Positions 28,742 to 38,820 of a stretch of 64,000 bases of DNA are shown here, piece after piece; the first letter of the stretch is position 1; each line of letters starts with the position of its first letter. The notes under the pieces are model-generated. The model was not told the DNA's origin and ran no database searches. It saw nothing but the letters and a program-made list of their open reading frames with translations. This stretch comes from Candidatus Spongiisociaceae bacterium (lineage in GTDB: Bacteria; Actinomycetota; Acidimicrobiia; Spongiisociales; Spongiisociaceae), in assembly GCA_965219685.1 (NCBI GenBank), contig CBDCOH010000002.1, positions 3,200,001-3,264,000 on the forward strand, in the 5' to 3' direction. The position numbers and the translations under genes are program-made.

Positions 28742-29839
28742 CTAGTTCACCCCGGGTACGGTCGCCAATCCTCCGGACCGGACGCTGTCGAAGGCGGCCG
28801 ACACCACTTCGACCGAGCGGGCCCCCACCTCTCCCGGAGACCGGTTGGGCACGTCCTTGCCCTGGGTGAGGTCGATGAGCGTGTTGGGCGGACCGTCGCA
28901 CTGGTAGAGGCCTGCGTGGGGCGGTAGTTCGGGCTTGTTGTCGACCCCGTCCTCACGGAAGTGCCACAGGAAGTCCCGCTCCAGATCCACGATCATCTGA
29001 CCCTCGGAGCCGTAGAAGCGCACCTGGAGCTGGTGACGGGGCCACGGCTCGTCGGGGATATCGCCGATACCGGCCTGGCTGGGACAACTGGCGCCGCTGA
29101 GCACGCCGGTGGCTCCGGACTGGTAGCGGATGCTGATGGCATCGTGGAGATCGACCCGGGCGCCGACGTTGTTCATCAATGCGAACACGTCCTTGGCCCT
29201 CTCGCCGCTCAACCACAGCGCGAGGCCCATGGCGTGGCTCAACTGGGCAGGCCCGTAACCTCCCCCGGACATGGCCGGGTCGGTCCACGTGTCCCAGTCG
29301 GGCATGAAGTCGGATGCCGAGCCCTCGTACGCCCCCGTAGCCTTAAGTAGCTCTCTGGTGCCTGAGGCCATCGCCACGAGGATGTGCTCGATCTCGCCTA
29401 CCCCGCCGTCCTCGGTCATCATCCGCTTGGCCTCGATGACGGTGGGCCGGTAGTGCCAGCCGAACGAGATGACCAGGTGGCGACCCAGGGCCTTGGCGGT
29501 GGCGTCTAGATCCCAGGCGTCGGCCGGGTCGATAGTGACCGGTTTCTCGCAAAGGACGTTGGCACCCGCTTCCATCGCGGCCTTGGCATGCTCATGGTGG
29601 AAAACCGATGGGCTCCCGACCACCACGGCGTCCAGATCCAGGTCCAGGACATCCCGGTAGTCCTCGGAGATGTGCTCGAACCCGAACCGGTCCTTCAACA
29701 TCTCGAGAGCACCCCGGCCCTTCCGGACAGCCGCCACGAGTTCCACATCATCCCGCGCCTTGAGAACGGGAATGTGGTTGCTCGCCGCCCATGAACCGGC
29801 GCCGATCACGCCTACCCGCACCCGATCGTTCGAACCCAT
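28742..29839 (-). CDS. Gfo/Idh/MocA family oxidoreductase
   Basis: VIGAGSWA, VLCEKP, SGGG. Confidence 0.92.
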   Translation of the reverse strand: MGSNDRVRVGVIGAGSWAASNHIPVLKARDDVELVAAVRKGRGALEMLKDRFGFEHISEDYRDVLDLDLDAVVVGSPSVFHHEHAKAAMEAGANVLCEKPVTIDPADAWDLDATAKALGRHLVISFGWHYRPTVIEAKRMMTEDGGVGEIEHILVAMASGTRELLKATGAYEGSASDFMPDWDTWTDPAMSGGGYGPAQLSHAMGLALWLSGERAKDVFALMNNVGARVDLHDAISIRYQSGATGVLSGASCPSQAGIGDIPDEPWPRHQLQVRFYGSEGQMIVDLERDFLWHFREDGVDNKPELPPHAGLYQCDGPPNTLIDLTQGKDVPNRSPGEVGARSVEVVSAAFDSVRSGGLATVPGVN

Positions 29840-30066
29840 GAACCCTCCAATCCGATATCGAAGCTACACGGCAAGACACTAGCCCTTGATGCGTGGAGCA
29901 TGGTCTGTCGGGTTGGGCCGCATCCCCTGTTACGCCCGGCCGCCTTCCAGGGGCAGAGGAGGAGGTTGATCGCCGACGAGGACGGTTGGCTCGTGCCCTT
30001 AGTTGACAGACCTTGTCCAGTACACAAAAGTGGATCGACCGCGGACCCGAGCGGAGACGGAAAGTA

Positions 30067-30303
30067 GTGACGTCGATCGTAGACCTACACCAGGCGAGGA
30101 CGCATCTGGCCAGGTTGTTGGATCGTGCCCATGCCGGGGAGGAGATCATTCTCGCCAAAGCAGGCAAGCCCTACGCCGTGCTGGGCCCCCTCCCCCCACC
30201 CGAGGCCGTCCGCCGACCCGGCCGGCTCTCGGACCAGTTCGTCGGGCCCGAGATACTCGATCCGCTGCCACAGACCGAACTCGATGCCTGGGAGGGGAGA
30301 TAG
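30067..30303 (+). CDS. Phd/YefM family antitoxin
   Basis: DLHQARTHLARLLDRAHAGEEIILAKAGKPYA...RRPG...DPLP...LDAWEG. Confidence 0.85.
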   Translation: MTSIVDLHQARTHLARLLDRAHAGEEIILAKAGKPYAVLGPLPPPEAVRRPGRLSDQFVGPEILDPLPQTELDAWEGR

Positions 30304-30480
30304 TTACGGCTGCTGCTCCTACCCTCGAGTGAAGACCTGCCCGTCCTGATCCACGCGGTGCGACCGCGATGTGGCCGGGGTTTCCCAGATCGACAGCAGC
30401 CGTACCAGCGCGGCGACCACCGGTCCACCGACTGGTGCGCTGAGGGTTGCCCGCGCGGTCCGGACCTGATCGCAGTGACC
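30304..30480 (+). pseudogene. Remnant of VapC/PIN toxin
   Basis: Directly after the antitoxin stop: RLLLL (cf. MRLLLD) and SAAT fragments, no intact ORF. Confidence 0.35.
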
Positions 30481-30567
30481 GGCCGACCACGCCGTGAGGC
30501 CGCGGACCATCCGTGAAACCCGGCGGTGCTAGGGTCCGTCGGGCAGCGAAATCTTGGAGGTTCTCCC

Positions 30568-30882
30568 ATGCAGCGAGCCTGCTTCACCTTCGAAATCTAT
30601 CCGGACAAGGCCGACGAATACAAGAAGCGCCATGACGAGATCTGGCCCGAGTTGGTGGAGGAGATCCAGAAGGCAGGCCTCAAGAACTACAGCCTGTTCC
30701 GTCGCGGCACCCAGATCATCGCGTACGTCGAGGCCCACCCGGACGTCGCCACCGCTTTCGGCAAGATAGGAGCTACAGAGGTGAACGGCCGCTGGGCGAA
30801 GTGGTTCGAGGACGTGATCCTGAGCCTCGTCGACGAGGACGGCAACCTCTACTGGGCGGACGAGGTCTGGCACCTCGACTGA
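30568..30882 (+). CDS. rhaM: L-rhamnose mutarotase
   Basis: EYKKRHDEIWPE, NYSLF, VNGRW, EVWHLD; GGAGG RBS. Confidence 0.9.
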   Translation: MQRACFTFEIYPDKADEYKKRHDEIWPELVEEIQKAGLKNYSLFRRGTQIIAYVEAHPDVATAFGKIGATEVNGRWAKWFEDVILSLVDEDGNLYWADEVWHLD

Positions 30883-30913
30883 ACAACGGCACCGCCTCGG
30901 TGCCGTACATGCG

Positions 30914-31966
30914 TCACTCCGCACCCGGTGGCCGGCGCTCGGCCAGCCAGGGAGGGGTCGGGAGCAGCCGCCCCGGCGGGTAGAAGCCGGGCTGGGCCGC
31001 TAGGACAGCGGGCACCGCATTCACGAGGAGGGCCGCGGTGGTGGACACGGCCGGCATGCCCGGTTCGATCGTGAGGTCGAGTTCGTTCTCCCCCTGGATG
31101 AGTATGCGGTCCCGGGTCTCCCATCCGACAGCCTCCGGGGCGACATGTAAGGACAGCTCGAACCTGAGCCATTCGCGGCCTCCCACGGTTGCGGTGGCCA
31201 GTTGGACGACGCCGGCGGTCTCGGGCGGCTCGATCGTGTACCCGCGCAGGGAGTGGGCACGGTCGGCGAGCACCGGTTCGATCTTCTCGTCGAACCGTTC
31301 GATCCGCAGCCCCATCCGGTCCGCGATGAGGTGGGCGCTCTCCGCGAACCCGATGTGCCCCCGCACCCTCCGCGACCCGACGGCGCGGCGGAACCCGGCT
31401 TCGCTGTAGCCGATACCGAGCGACCGGTGCACGTCCCTTCCGAACACCGACGCGTCGAGCGTGCGCTGGACGAGGATGCTCGATAGGTCCCCGGCCGCCG
31501 CAGCCAGCACGAGCGGTAGGGCGTCGAAGGCAAAGCCCGGATTGATCCCTGTAGCGGCGATCACCACCCCGGCGTCCTTCGCAGTCCGTTGCAGCGAGGC
31601 ACCGGTCCCGGGCTGTTCGACCTCCGGCCAGGCGAGTTCTTCGCTGGTGCATATGACGCGGACACCCCTTCGGGCACAGAGTTCGATCACGGGCATAACG
31701 GAGTCGAGTTCGGACCGGGTGGCTACGAGCGCCACATCGGGACGGGTCGTCTCGACCATCTCTTCGGGGTCCGACCAGACAGCAACTCCTGCCCAGGCGG
31801 CGCCGGGCCGGTCGGCAGCCGACGAGCGGTTCCGGGCTGCGGCAACCACCTCCATCCAGGGCCGCCGCCGGCACAGATGGAGGGCCGCCGTCGCCACGGT
31901 GCCGACGCCGAAGAAGACGGCCCTCACCGGCTCGGTCGTGGTGACAGTCTCCTGCGACGATCCCAT
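30914..31966 (-). CDS. DapB-like NAD(P)-dependent amine dehydrogenase (2,4-diaminopentanoate dehydrogenase-like)
   Basis: FGVGTVA, CTSEEL.WP, TGINPGF, GHIGF.ES, VNAVP.V..A.PG. Confidence 0.8.
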   Translation of the reverse strand: MGSSQETVTTTEPVRAVFFGVGTVATAALHLCRRRPWMEVVAAARNRSSAADRPGAAWAGVAVWSDPEEMVETTRPDVALVATRSELDSVMPVIELCARRGVRVICTSEELAWPEVEQPGTGASLQRTAKDAGVVIAATGINPGFAFDALPLVLAAAAGDLSSILVQRTLDASVFGRDVHRSLGIGYSEAGFRRAVGSRRVRGHIGFAESAHLIADRMGLRIERFDEKIEPVLADRAHSLRGYTIEPPETAGVVQLATATVGGREWLRFELSLHVAPEAVGWETRDRILIQGENELDLTIEPGMPAVSTTAALLVNAVPAVLAAQPGFYPPGRLLPTPPWLAERRPPGAE

Positions 31967-31971
31967 CGGGC

Positions 31972-33090
31972 CTAACCCCGCCGGGACGGATCCTGCGCCG
32001 AACCCGACGGGATGCCGGCGACGGCCCCGGAGCTCGCGCTCCGGTACGCGGCGCTCAGTATCTCGACGGTCCTCGCGCCCACATCGGCGGGAGACCGGTT
32101 CTCCGCCTGCTTGCCGAGGGTCAGGTCGACCAGCACGCTGGGTGGATCGTCGCATCCGTAGAGACCGGCCCGGGGCGGGAGACCGACCTTCACATCCGTC
32201 CCGTCGTCGCGGAACAGCCACAGGAAGTCCCGTTCCAGGTCGGCCACGAGATGGCCTTCAGTCCCGTAGACCCGGACCTGGAGCTGGTGCCTGGGCCACG
32301 GCGCGTCCTCCTGATCGACCGCACTCCCTCCGGGCGGCGACGAAGCGCCGGAGATCGAAGCCGTCGCACCGGAGCGGAACCGCACGCTGATCGCGTCGTG
32401 GAGGTCGACTGCGGCCCCCTCGTTGTTCATGAAGGCGAAGACCTGGGAGGCGCGCTGGCCGGTGAGCCACAGCGCCAGCCCGAGGGCGTGACTCAGCGCC
32501 GCCGGGGCATACCCTCCGCCGGACAGCCGGGGATCGACCCAGGTCTCCCGCGCCGGCCGGAAGAAGGCGTCCTGGCCCCGGTAGCTTCCAGTGCCGTGTA
32601 GAAGCCCGCGCAGGCCAGAGGCCATGGCAACCAGGACGTGCTGGACAGCTCCTACGCCCGGATCGTCCAGCAGCCGCCTTGCTTCGACGGCGGTGGGACT
32701 GTAATTCCAGCCGAGGGCGAGCAGCAGGTGAAGACCCCCCTCCGAAGCGAGCTTATGGAGTTCCCAGGCATGTTCGGGCTCCGTCGTGAACGGCTTCTCG
32801 CACAGGACATGAGCGCCCGCCTCCAGGGACGCCTTGACGTGCTCGTAGTGAAGGCCCGCGGGGCTGGAAACCACCACCGCGTCCAGATCCTGTTCCAGCG
32901 CGTCCCGGTAGTCGTCGCTGACATGGCTGAACCCGAACCTGTCACGGAGAAGGTCCAGCGCCTTCCGGTTGGTGCGGACCGCGCTCACCAGTTCGACGTC
33001 GTCCCGGGCCGCCAGGATCGGGATGTGGTTGGCGATCGCCCAGGATCCGGCGCCGATGACCCCGACCCGAGCCCGCCTACCCGACTCCAT
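31972..33090 (-). CDS. Gfo/Idh/MocA family oxidoreductase (paralog of 28742-29839)
   Basis: VIGAGSWA, VLCEKP; shares PWPRHQLQVR and DLERDFLW blocks with the paralog. Confidence 0.92.
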   Translation of the reverse strand: MESGRRARVGVIGAGSWAIANHIPILAARDDVELVSAVRTNRKALDLLRDRFGFSHVSDDYRDALEQDLDAVVVSSPAGLHYEHVKASLEAGAHVLCEKPFTTEPEHAWELHKLASEGGLHLLLALGWNYSPTAVEARRLLDDPGVGAVQHVLVAMASGLRGLLHGTGSYRGQDAFFRPARETWVDPRLSGGGYAPAALSHALGLALWLTGQRASQVFAFMNNEGAAVDLHDAISVRFRSGATASISGASSPPGGSAVDQEDAPWPRHQLQVRVYGTEGHLVADLERDFLWLFRDDGTDVKVGLPPRAGLYGCDDPPSVLVDLTLGKQAENRSPADVGARTVEILSAAYRSASSGAVAGIPSGSAQDPSRRG

Positions 33091-33097
33091 CCTCCAG

Positions 33098-33601
33098 CTA
33101 GCCGTAGGGGTTGACGTACGGGCTCTCGACCTCGAACGGTCTCCCGCCCTCGGCGAATTGGATCAGCTCGATCGAGATGTCGTCCGGGTCGCGCAGGTAG
33201 CAGGTGAGAGCGCCCTCGTACCTCCCCCAGGCGCAGCGGACCGGCTCGGCCGAGACGAACACCGCATGGTCCCGCATCCGCTCGTAGTCCCGGTAGATGT
33301 CCTTGGTCTCCAGGCAGAGATGGGTGTTCCCGGCGTTGTAGGTGGCCATGTCCACCCGGCCGGGCGGTGGGTTGTGGTACTGGAGCATCTCGAGCACCGA
33401 ACCGCCCGGCAATGCCCAGAACGCCCCCGACATGTCGCAGTTGGGGTACCCGACGATCTTGCCGACGTAGTCCTCGACGTCGGCGGCTATCCAGGTGCCC
33501 TGCATGAACGGCTCCTTCTCGAGGAACCGGGTCCACCAGGGAACAGACACCTCGAGATCGCTCACCGCCACCCCGATGTGGTCGATCGAAAGAAAACTCA
33601 T
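33098..33601 (-). CDS. VOC (glyoxalase/methylmalonyl-CoA epimerase) family protein
   Basis: DHIGVAVSDL, LEMLQY, HLCL, YLRDPD..IELIQ. Confidence 0.9.
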   Translation of the reverse strand: MSFLSIDHIGVAVSDLEVSVPWWTRFLEKEPFMQGTWIAADVEDYVGKIVGYPNCDMSGAFWALPGGSVLEMLQYHNPPPGRVDMATYNAGNTHLCLETKDIYRDYERMRDHAVFVSAEPVRCAWGRYEGALTCYLRDPDDISIELIQFAEGGRPFEVESPYVNPYG

Positions 33602-33778
33602 CGGTCTACCTCCCTGGTAGTCGAGCCCACCACCGTGGGGTGACGGCCCTCACCATCGGCCCGTACGTCGTTAAGTTAGTGATGCTCGGCAGGTGCTGCA
33701 GGCTCCGGCGTACCATCTGAGTTGATCCGGTCACGAGACCGTTACGCAAACACGCACCGGAACCGAGGAGGCCCAGGT

Positions 33779-35821
33779 ATGCCCCGCTTCGACCGCTCAG
33801 ACGTACCGCAGGCCGACCTGGAGTTCGTGGTGATCGCCGATACCCATCACCTGGTGGATCCGGGCATGTACTCCACCAAAGGAGATTCTGTGACACCGGA
33901 GATCGTGCGCGAGTGGTCGGACCGGGGCGACTGGGCCCTGGCACTGGCCAAGGCGACCGAGCCCGCCCTGGTCTTCCACGTGGGCGATCTGGCCCAGGAG
34001 TACCCCGGCTCCCGGTTCTTCGACACGGGACGGCAGGCGGCGGTGGCCCAGTTCGAGGAGTCGGGCCTGGCGGTCAACTTCGCGGCCGGCAACATGGACA
34101 TCGGCGACAAGCCCGACCCGACGGTGCCCGCCGGATGGGTGGAGCCGGGCTTCCTGAAGCGATGGGACGAGGACTTCGGCACGTCGTTCTACAGCCGGAC
34201 CGCAGGCGACACGCACTTCGTAGTCCTCAACTCCCAGATCATGAACACCACCCTTCCGGAGGCCATCGAGCAGCTCGAGTGGGTGGAGGCCGACCTCGCC
34301 GCCCACGCGTCGTACCGGATCTTCATTTTCATGCACCTTCCCCCCTACCTGGTCGACGAGGACGAGCCGGGCCTGGGTAGCTACGACGTGCTCGACGACC
34401 CCGACCGGACCTGGCTGCTGGACCTGTGCAGACGCTACGGCGTGGAGGCCCTGTTCAGCGGGCACACCCACTTCCAGGTGTTCAACCGGGCCGGCGACAC
34501 ACGCCTGTACACTCTCCCCTCGACGACCACCACCCGGCCGGGTTTCTACGAGGCCTTCAACGTTCGCCCCGCCGATCGGGGATGGATCGATACCACCAAA
34601 CTCGGCTTCTTCCTGGTGAGGGTGACCGGCCGGGGAACCTCGGTGCACCTGATCAGGACCAGCGGCGAGACCCACGCCGACCACCCTTCCGGAAGCCGCA
34701 TCCTGAGCGGCACGATCGTCGACCTGCCGGATTCTCCGGTGGCCGCCTATCTACGCCTTCCCATCACCAACAAGAGCGACGGGGCGATCTCCTACCCCAA
34801 CCACGTGCGGCATCGGATCCGCGACGACTACCCCCTGCTTTCCTGCGTCGAGGCGGGTATCCGCCACGTGCGGTTCCCGATCCACGACCTCGACGTGGAT
34901 CTGCAGGCCGACCGACTCGCCATCCTGCGGAGCGAGGGCGTGCAGTTGACCGCGACCGTCCTCTGTCCCCAGCCGGGTGACATAGCGGCCGCGACCGGGA
35001 AGGCCTCCGAGGCAGACTTCATCGAGGTCCAGTTGACGAACCGCTTCTTCCCCGACGCCGAGGATCTGGCGGCCCTGGCGGAACTGCGGGCGGGGGGCGC
35101 GAGCGTCTCCGTGGCCCCGCTGGCGCTGGAGGACACCGGCAAGGTCCATCGTCGGAGCAGGACCGGCTACCGGCCCCGGGAGCTTCCCCGCCTCGACGGG
35201 TTGCTGGCCGACCATGACCTTCGCATCGACCGGGCGGTCTGCATGGTCGACGGCTCGGAGTCCGTGTGGAGCGACATCCGGACCTTCGACGGGGAACTCC
35301 GCGCTATCGGAGGTCTCGACTTCCTGGTGCCACTGGACGCCGACGACGATGCCAATGCCTTGGCGGTGGCAGAGGCGCTCTTCGCCGCCGCCACGATGCC
35401 CGGCTGCCGGATGTACCTCGATCCGCTGCAGGATCTCGACCGGGTGACCAAGGTGGTGCACGGACTGCTCGACCGGTTGTCGAACCCGCGCCCGGCCTTC
35501 CATGTGACCAGGGTGCTGAACACGGTGCTTTTCGGCGAAGGACGGCAACCGGGCAGCTACAGACCAGCGGATCCGGGTCGGTTCCGTGACAGCCCGAACC
35601 TACGGGCCATTGCCGACCGGAGATCCGAGTTGTGGCTGGTGCCGGAGGATGGGAAGGCCGAAGCAGCCGAGGCACTCCGCCATACGGCCGGAGGGTACGA
35701 AACCCTCAGGCTGATCGATCCGGTAGCCGCCGTGTCCTGGCAGGACTCGGCCAGCCAGATCGCCGACCTGCTGGCCTCCCCCACCAGCGGCCCGCTACCC
35801 GTGGTTCAGATCTCCCAGTAG
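33779..35821 (+). CDS. Calcineurin-like metallophosphoesterase with long C-terminal extension
   Basis: IADTH, HVGDL, GNMD, FMHLP, SGHTH in the N-terminal ~290 aa; ATG after GAGGAGG. Confidence 0.8.
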   Translation: MPRFDRSDVPQADLEFVVIADTHHLVDPGMYSTKGDSVTPEIVREWSDRGDWALALAKATEPALVFHVGDLAQEYPGSRFFDTGRQAAVAQFEESGLAVNFAAGNMDIGDKPDPTVPAGWVEPGFLKRWDEDFGTSFYSRTAGDTHFVVLNSQIMNTTLPEAIEQLEWVEADLAAHASYRIFIFMHLPPYLVDEDEPGLGSYDVLDDPDRTWLLDLCRRYGVEALFSGHTHFQVFNRAGDTRLYTLPSTTTTRPGFYEAFNVRPADRGWIDTTKLGFFLVRVTGRGTSVHLIRTSGETHADHPSGSRILSGTIVDLPDSPVAAYLRLPITNKSDGAISYPNHVRHRIRDDYPLLSCVEAGIRHVRFPIHDLDVDLQADRLAILRSEGVQLTATVLCPQPGDIAAATGKASEADFIEVQLTNRFFPDAEDLAALAELRAGGASVSVAPLALEDTGKVHRRSRTGYRPRELPRLDGLLADHDLRIDRAVCMVDGSESVWSDIRTFDGELRAIGGLDFLVPLDADDDANALAVAEALFAAATMPGCRMYLDPLQDLDRVTKVVHGLLDRLSNPRPAFHVTRVLNTVLFGEGRQPGSYRPADPGRFRDSPNLRAIADRRSELWLVPEDGKAEAAEALRHTAGGYETLRLIDPVAAVSWQDSASQIADLLASPTSGPLPVVQISQ

Positions 35822-35952
35822 TAGTACACCCGGTGGGGCTCAACCCTGCCTTGAGTCATGCATGACCTGTCAGCGTCGTGCTGAGTATAAAGGTGAATAC
35901 AAAGACATACTACGTATGGCTACAATGCGACTTGGATGTCTTGGGAGTCGAC

Positions 35953-36207
35953 ATGATTGAACCCACCGCTACTGCGAAGGGGCGAACCACCGTGCCGGAG
36001 GCTGTGCACCAAGTCCTCTCGTTACAGGCCGGAGCCGTTTCCCCTACATCACCCGGGGATGGGCAGGTCTGCCTGTTCGGGGTACGTCCCATCAACCGGT
36101 TGTACGGCGTGCTACGCCATCATGGCCCGGTAGCGACACTCGACGACCTGGAAGACTCCATCGCGAAGGGAGCGGTAGGGGCCTACTCGAGATCAACAGG
36201 AAGGTAA
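35953..36207 (+). CDS. AbrB/MazE/SpoVT family antitoxin (appears degenerate)
   Basis: TAKGRTTVPEAV..VL.LQAG...LYGVLRH.GP..TLDDLE.SIA.GA; no intact toxin downstream. Confidence 0.6.
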   Translation: MIEPTATAKGRTTVPEAVHQVLSLQAGAVSPTSPGDGQVCLFGVRPINRLYGVLRHHGPVATLDDLEDSIAKGAVGAYSRSTGR

Positions 36208-36369
36208 TCGTGCGCTCCGCCGTCCTAGACGGACGACTGGATCCAAAGTGTTGCTGGAAAGCGTTGGCGGCGCGAAACGCCAGACCTTCTTGTCGCCGCT
36301 GCATTGCCTCACCGCCCGCATTGGCAGGATGGGGGAGCCACTCCGGTTAGTACCAGCCTGCCGTGTCCA

Positions 36370-36408
36370 CCACCAGCCACCAGCCACCAGCCACCAGCCA
36401 CCAGCCAC
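36370..36408. repeat. Heptamer tandem repeat (CCACCAG)x5.5
   Basis: Perfect units 36370-36404 plus a partial unit, immediately past the SDR stop. Confidence 0.95.
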
Positions 36409-36410
36409 TA

Positions 36411-37139
36411 TCAATACATGAGGGCACCGCCCGTGACGCTGATCGCGGCGCCGCTTATGTAGCTCGCGTGATCCGAGGCCAGGAAGACCACCACCGACGC
36501 CACCTCGGCCGGTTGCCCCAGACGGCCCAAAGGGCAGGCGGCCACCCCGGCCGCAACGACTTCCTCGGTGTTGTCGGTGTGCTGCATGGCAGTGTCGATG
36601 GGGCCGGGTAGGAGAGTGTTGACGGTTATCCCGTAGGGCCCGTACCAGCGGGCGAAGTCGCGGCTCATGGATACCACCCCTCCCTTGGCCGCCACGTAGG
36701 CATGGGCGCCCAGCCTGGTGCCCCTGATGAAGCCGGGTGACGAGAAGTTGACGATCCTCCCGCCCCGCCCCGCCCCGACGAGAGCCTGACCGAAGGCTCT
36801 GCACAGGAAGAATCCCGCCTTGAGGTCCACATCCAGCTGGAGATCCCATTCCTCCTCGCCCACCTCGTCGAGCGGCTGCCTCTTCAGGGTGCCCGCCACA
36901 TGGGCAAGAGCCCACAGGTCGCCGAGGAACTCGGATGCCTCGTCCACCAATCCGACAAGCCCTGCTATGTCGCGGAGGTCGTAACGCCTCGCCCGATGCC
37001 GGGAGGGGCGCGCTAATCCGGCAACCGTGCTGCTCAGAGATTCCCCCTTGACATCGACCGCGAACACCCGTGCCCCCGCATCGGCGAAGGCTTCGGCAGT
37101 CGCCTTCCCGATGCCCTGCGCGGCGCCGGTGACGATCAC
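36411..37139 (-). CDS. SDR family oxidoreductase
   Basis: TGAAQGIG, YVAAKGG, PLGRLG.P.EVA; true start may lie slightly upstream (WNPGAGLEGRG is in frame). Confidence 0.9.
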   Translation of the reverse strand: MIVTGAAQGIGKATAEAFADAGARVFAVDVKGESLSSTVAGLARPSRHRARRYDLRDIAGLVGLVDEASEFLGDLWALAHVAGTLKRQPLDEVGEEEWDLQLDVDLKAGFFLCRAFGQALVGAGRGGRIVNFSSPGFIRGTRLGAHAYVAAKGGVVSMSRDFARWYGPYGITVNTLLPGPIDTAMQHTDNTEEVVAAGVAACPLGRLGQPAEVASVVVFLASDHASYISGAAISVTGGALMY

Positions 37140-37373
37140 CCCCCTGCCTTCGAGGCCCGCGCCCGGATTCCAGACGATGGTGACATCCCTTCCCGGTCCT
37201 GAGCATCCCTTTGGACCGACCCCCGAATCTTATTCCAGCACGGACCGGCGCAGCGGGAGCTCGAGTGTGAAATGCAAGTCGAAGACGAGCGGTCCCTCGA
37301 TGAATCCGGTACCCCGACGGTCGGAGAGCAGGAATGCGTTGACTTCGACCGCGGTGGTTTAGGGCCGAGCTTC

Positions 37374-38372
37374 CTACGGATCGAGGCCCAGGAGTCTCTC
37401 GGGATTGGTCCTGACCATCTTGCGGATGTCCTCGGCCGGCAGGCCCAGGTCCAGAAGGCAGGCGATGAACTCGCGCATGCCTTCGACCGGCGCCGGCAAC
37501 GTGTAACCACCGAAGTCTGTCGCCAGGATGCAGTGATCGGTTCCCACCTGCCGGATCTGTTCGGCGGCCTTCCTGATGCCACCACTCGCCTCACCCGTCA
37601 TCTCCTCGTCCGCCGCGTATTCCAACTCGACGTAATAGTGGGTCTTGGGATCGACGTGGTGTGCGTGTGGGCGCCCAGGGTGTACTCGATGAAGGCGCCC
37701 CTCCGGGCCATGTACCGGAGTTGGTCTGTCGAGGCGACCTGGGTGACGGCGGCGGCTACCAGCACCTTGCCGATCCCGTACTCGTGGGCTAGTTCGACCA
37801 GGCGGATGGCCTCATCGGGCGAGACGTGGCCCGTGTTCAGGAAGACATGGGGATGGTCCGCGATCAAGCTCAGGATCTCGTCCAGTTCAGGCCCCACCGG
37901 CCCTTCCACGGGGATCCGGATGGCCCGATCCACCTCCTCCCTCCTGAATCCCGGGTATAGGTCCTTCAGGGGCGTGAACTTCCCCTCCACGATCCGACCC
38001 TCCCTGGAGGCCTGGTAATAGGTGGAATGAGCGCCGAAGCTGATGAACCTGGCGCCATCCCCGTACCCGATCGCCGTCTTGACAGCCCGAGGGTTCAGAC
38101 CGCCGTACGCGGTATTGAGGATCAGACCTCCGTAGACGGTGAAGTCGCGAACAGCCCGGTTCACGATCCAGGCGAATCCCGTTCGTCATCTGGAAGACAT
38201 CCATCAGCACGATGGCCCGCATTCCGGCGTCCCGCGCTTCTGTGGCCGCCTCGATAGGGTCCAGCCGTCTCGGACTGCTGGGCAGGTGCGGCGTGGCGTG
38301 AACATGGATGTCGATGGCGCCTTCGAGTAGCTGCCGGGTCAACTCGAAGGAACGGTTCTCGGGTAGCAGCAT
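37374..38372 (-). pseudogene. DUF6282-like amidohydrolase-fold protein with two frameshifts
   Basis: AIDIHVH...AGMRAIVL, GGLNP.AV, LNTGH and LATDFG...NPERLLG lie in successive frames; an extra T near 38177 and a missing C near 37648. Confidence 0.7.
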
Positions 38373-38388
38373 GCAGTTCGGCCGCGGG

Positions 38389-38820
38389 CTAGACCATCGT
38401 ATCGCCACCCCGTGTCCGGCCGGGCTGGTTGACCAGATGGGTGGCGGCGTTATCGAAGTGGTCGAACATGACTGCCCGGATCCCGGCCGGAAGGGGGAGG
38501 CCGGTGCCGTCGGCGAGGGTTGTCGCATCAAGAGAAGCTGTCATGTGCGCCATCCAAGCGTCTCTCTCGGCCCGGCCGATGGGAAAGTGCATGTGGCGCA
38601 TCCGCAGGCGGGGATGGCCCCGCTCCTCGCTGTAACGAGGCGGCCCACCCCAGTACTGGGCCAGGAAACCCGCCAGCCGCTCCCTGGATCCCCGCAGGTC
38701 GCTCGGATACATGGGCCGAAGCAGCGGGTCTTCTTCCACGGCGTTATAGAAACGGTCGACGAGATCGTCGAAGAACCGCTGTCCACCCACCGCCTCGTAC
38801 ACGGTTGGCGGAGCCTTCAT
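38389..38820 (-). CDS. glbO: Group II truncated hemoglobin
   Basis: YEAVGG..FF..LV.RFY, QYWGGP..YS..RGHPRLRMRH, ERDAW. Confidence 0.9.
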   Translation of the reverse strand: MKAPPTVYEAVGGQRFFDDLVDRFYNAVEEDPLLRPMYPSDLRGSRERLAGFLAQYWGGPPRYSEERGHPRLRMRHMHFPIGRAERDAWMAHMTASLDATTLADGTGLPLPAGIRAVMFDHFDNAATHLVNQPGRTRGGDTMV

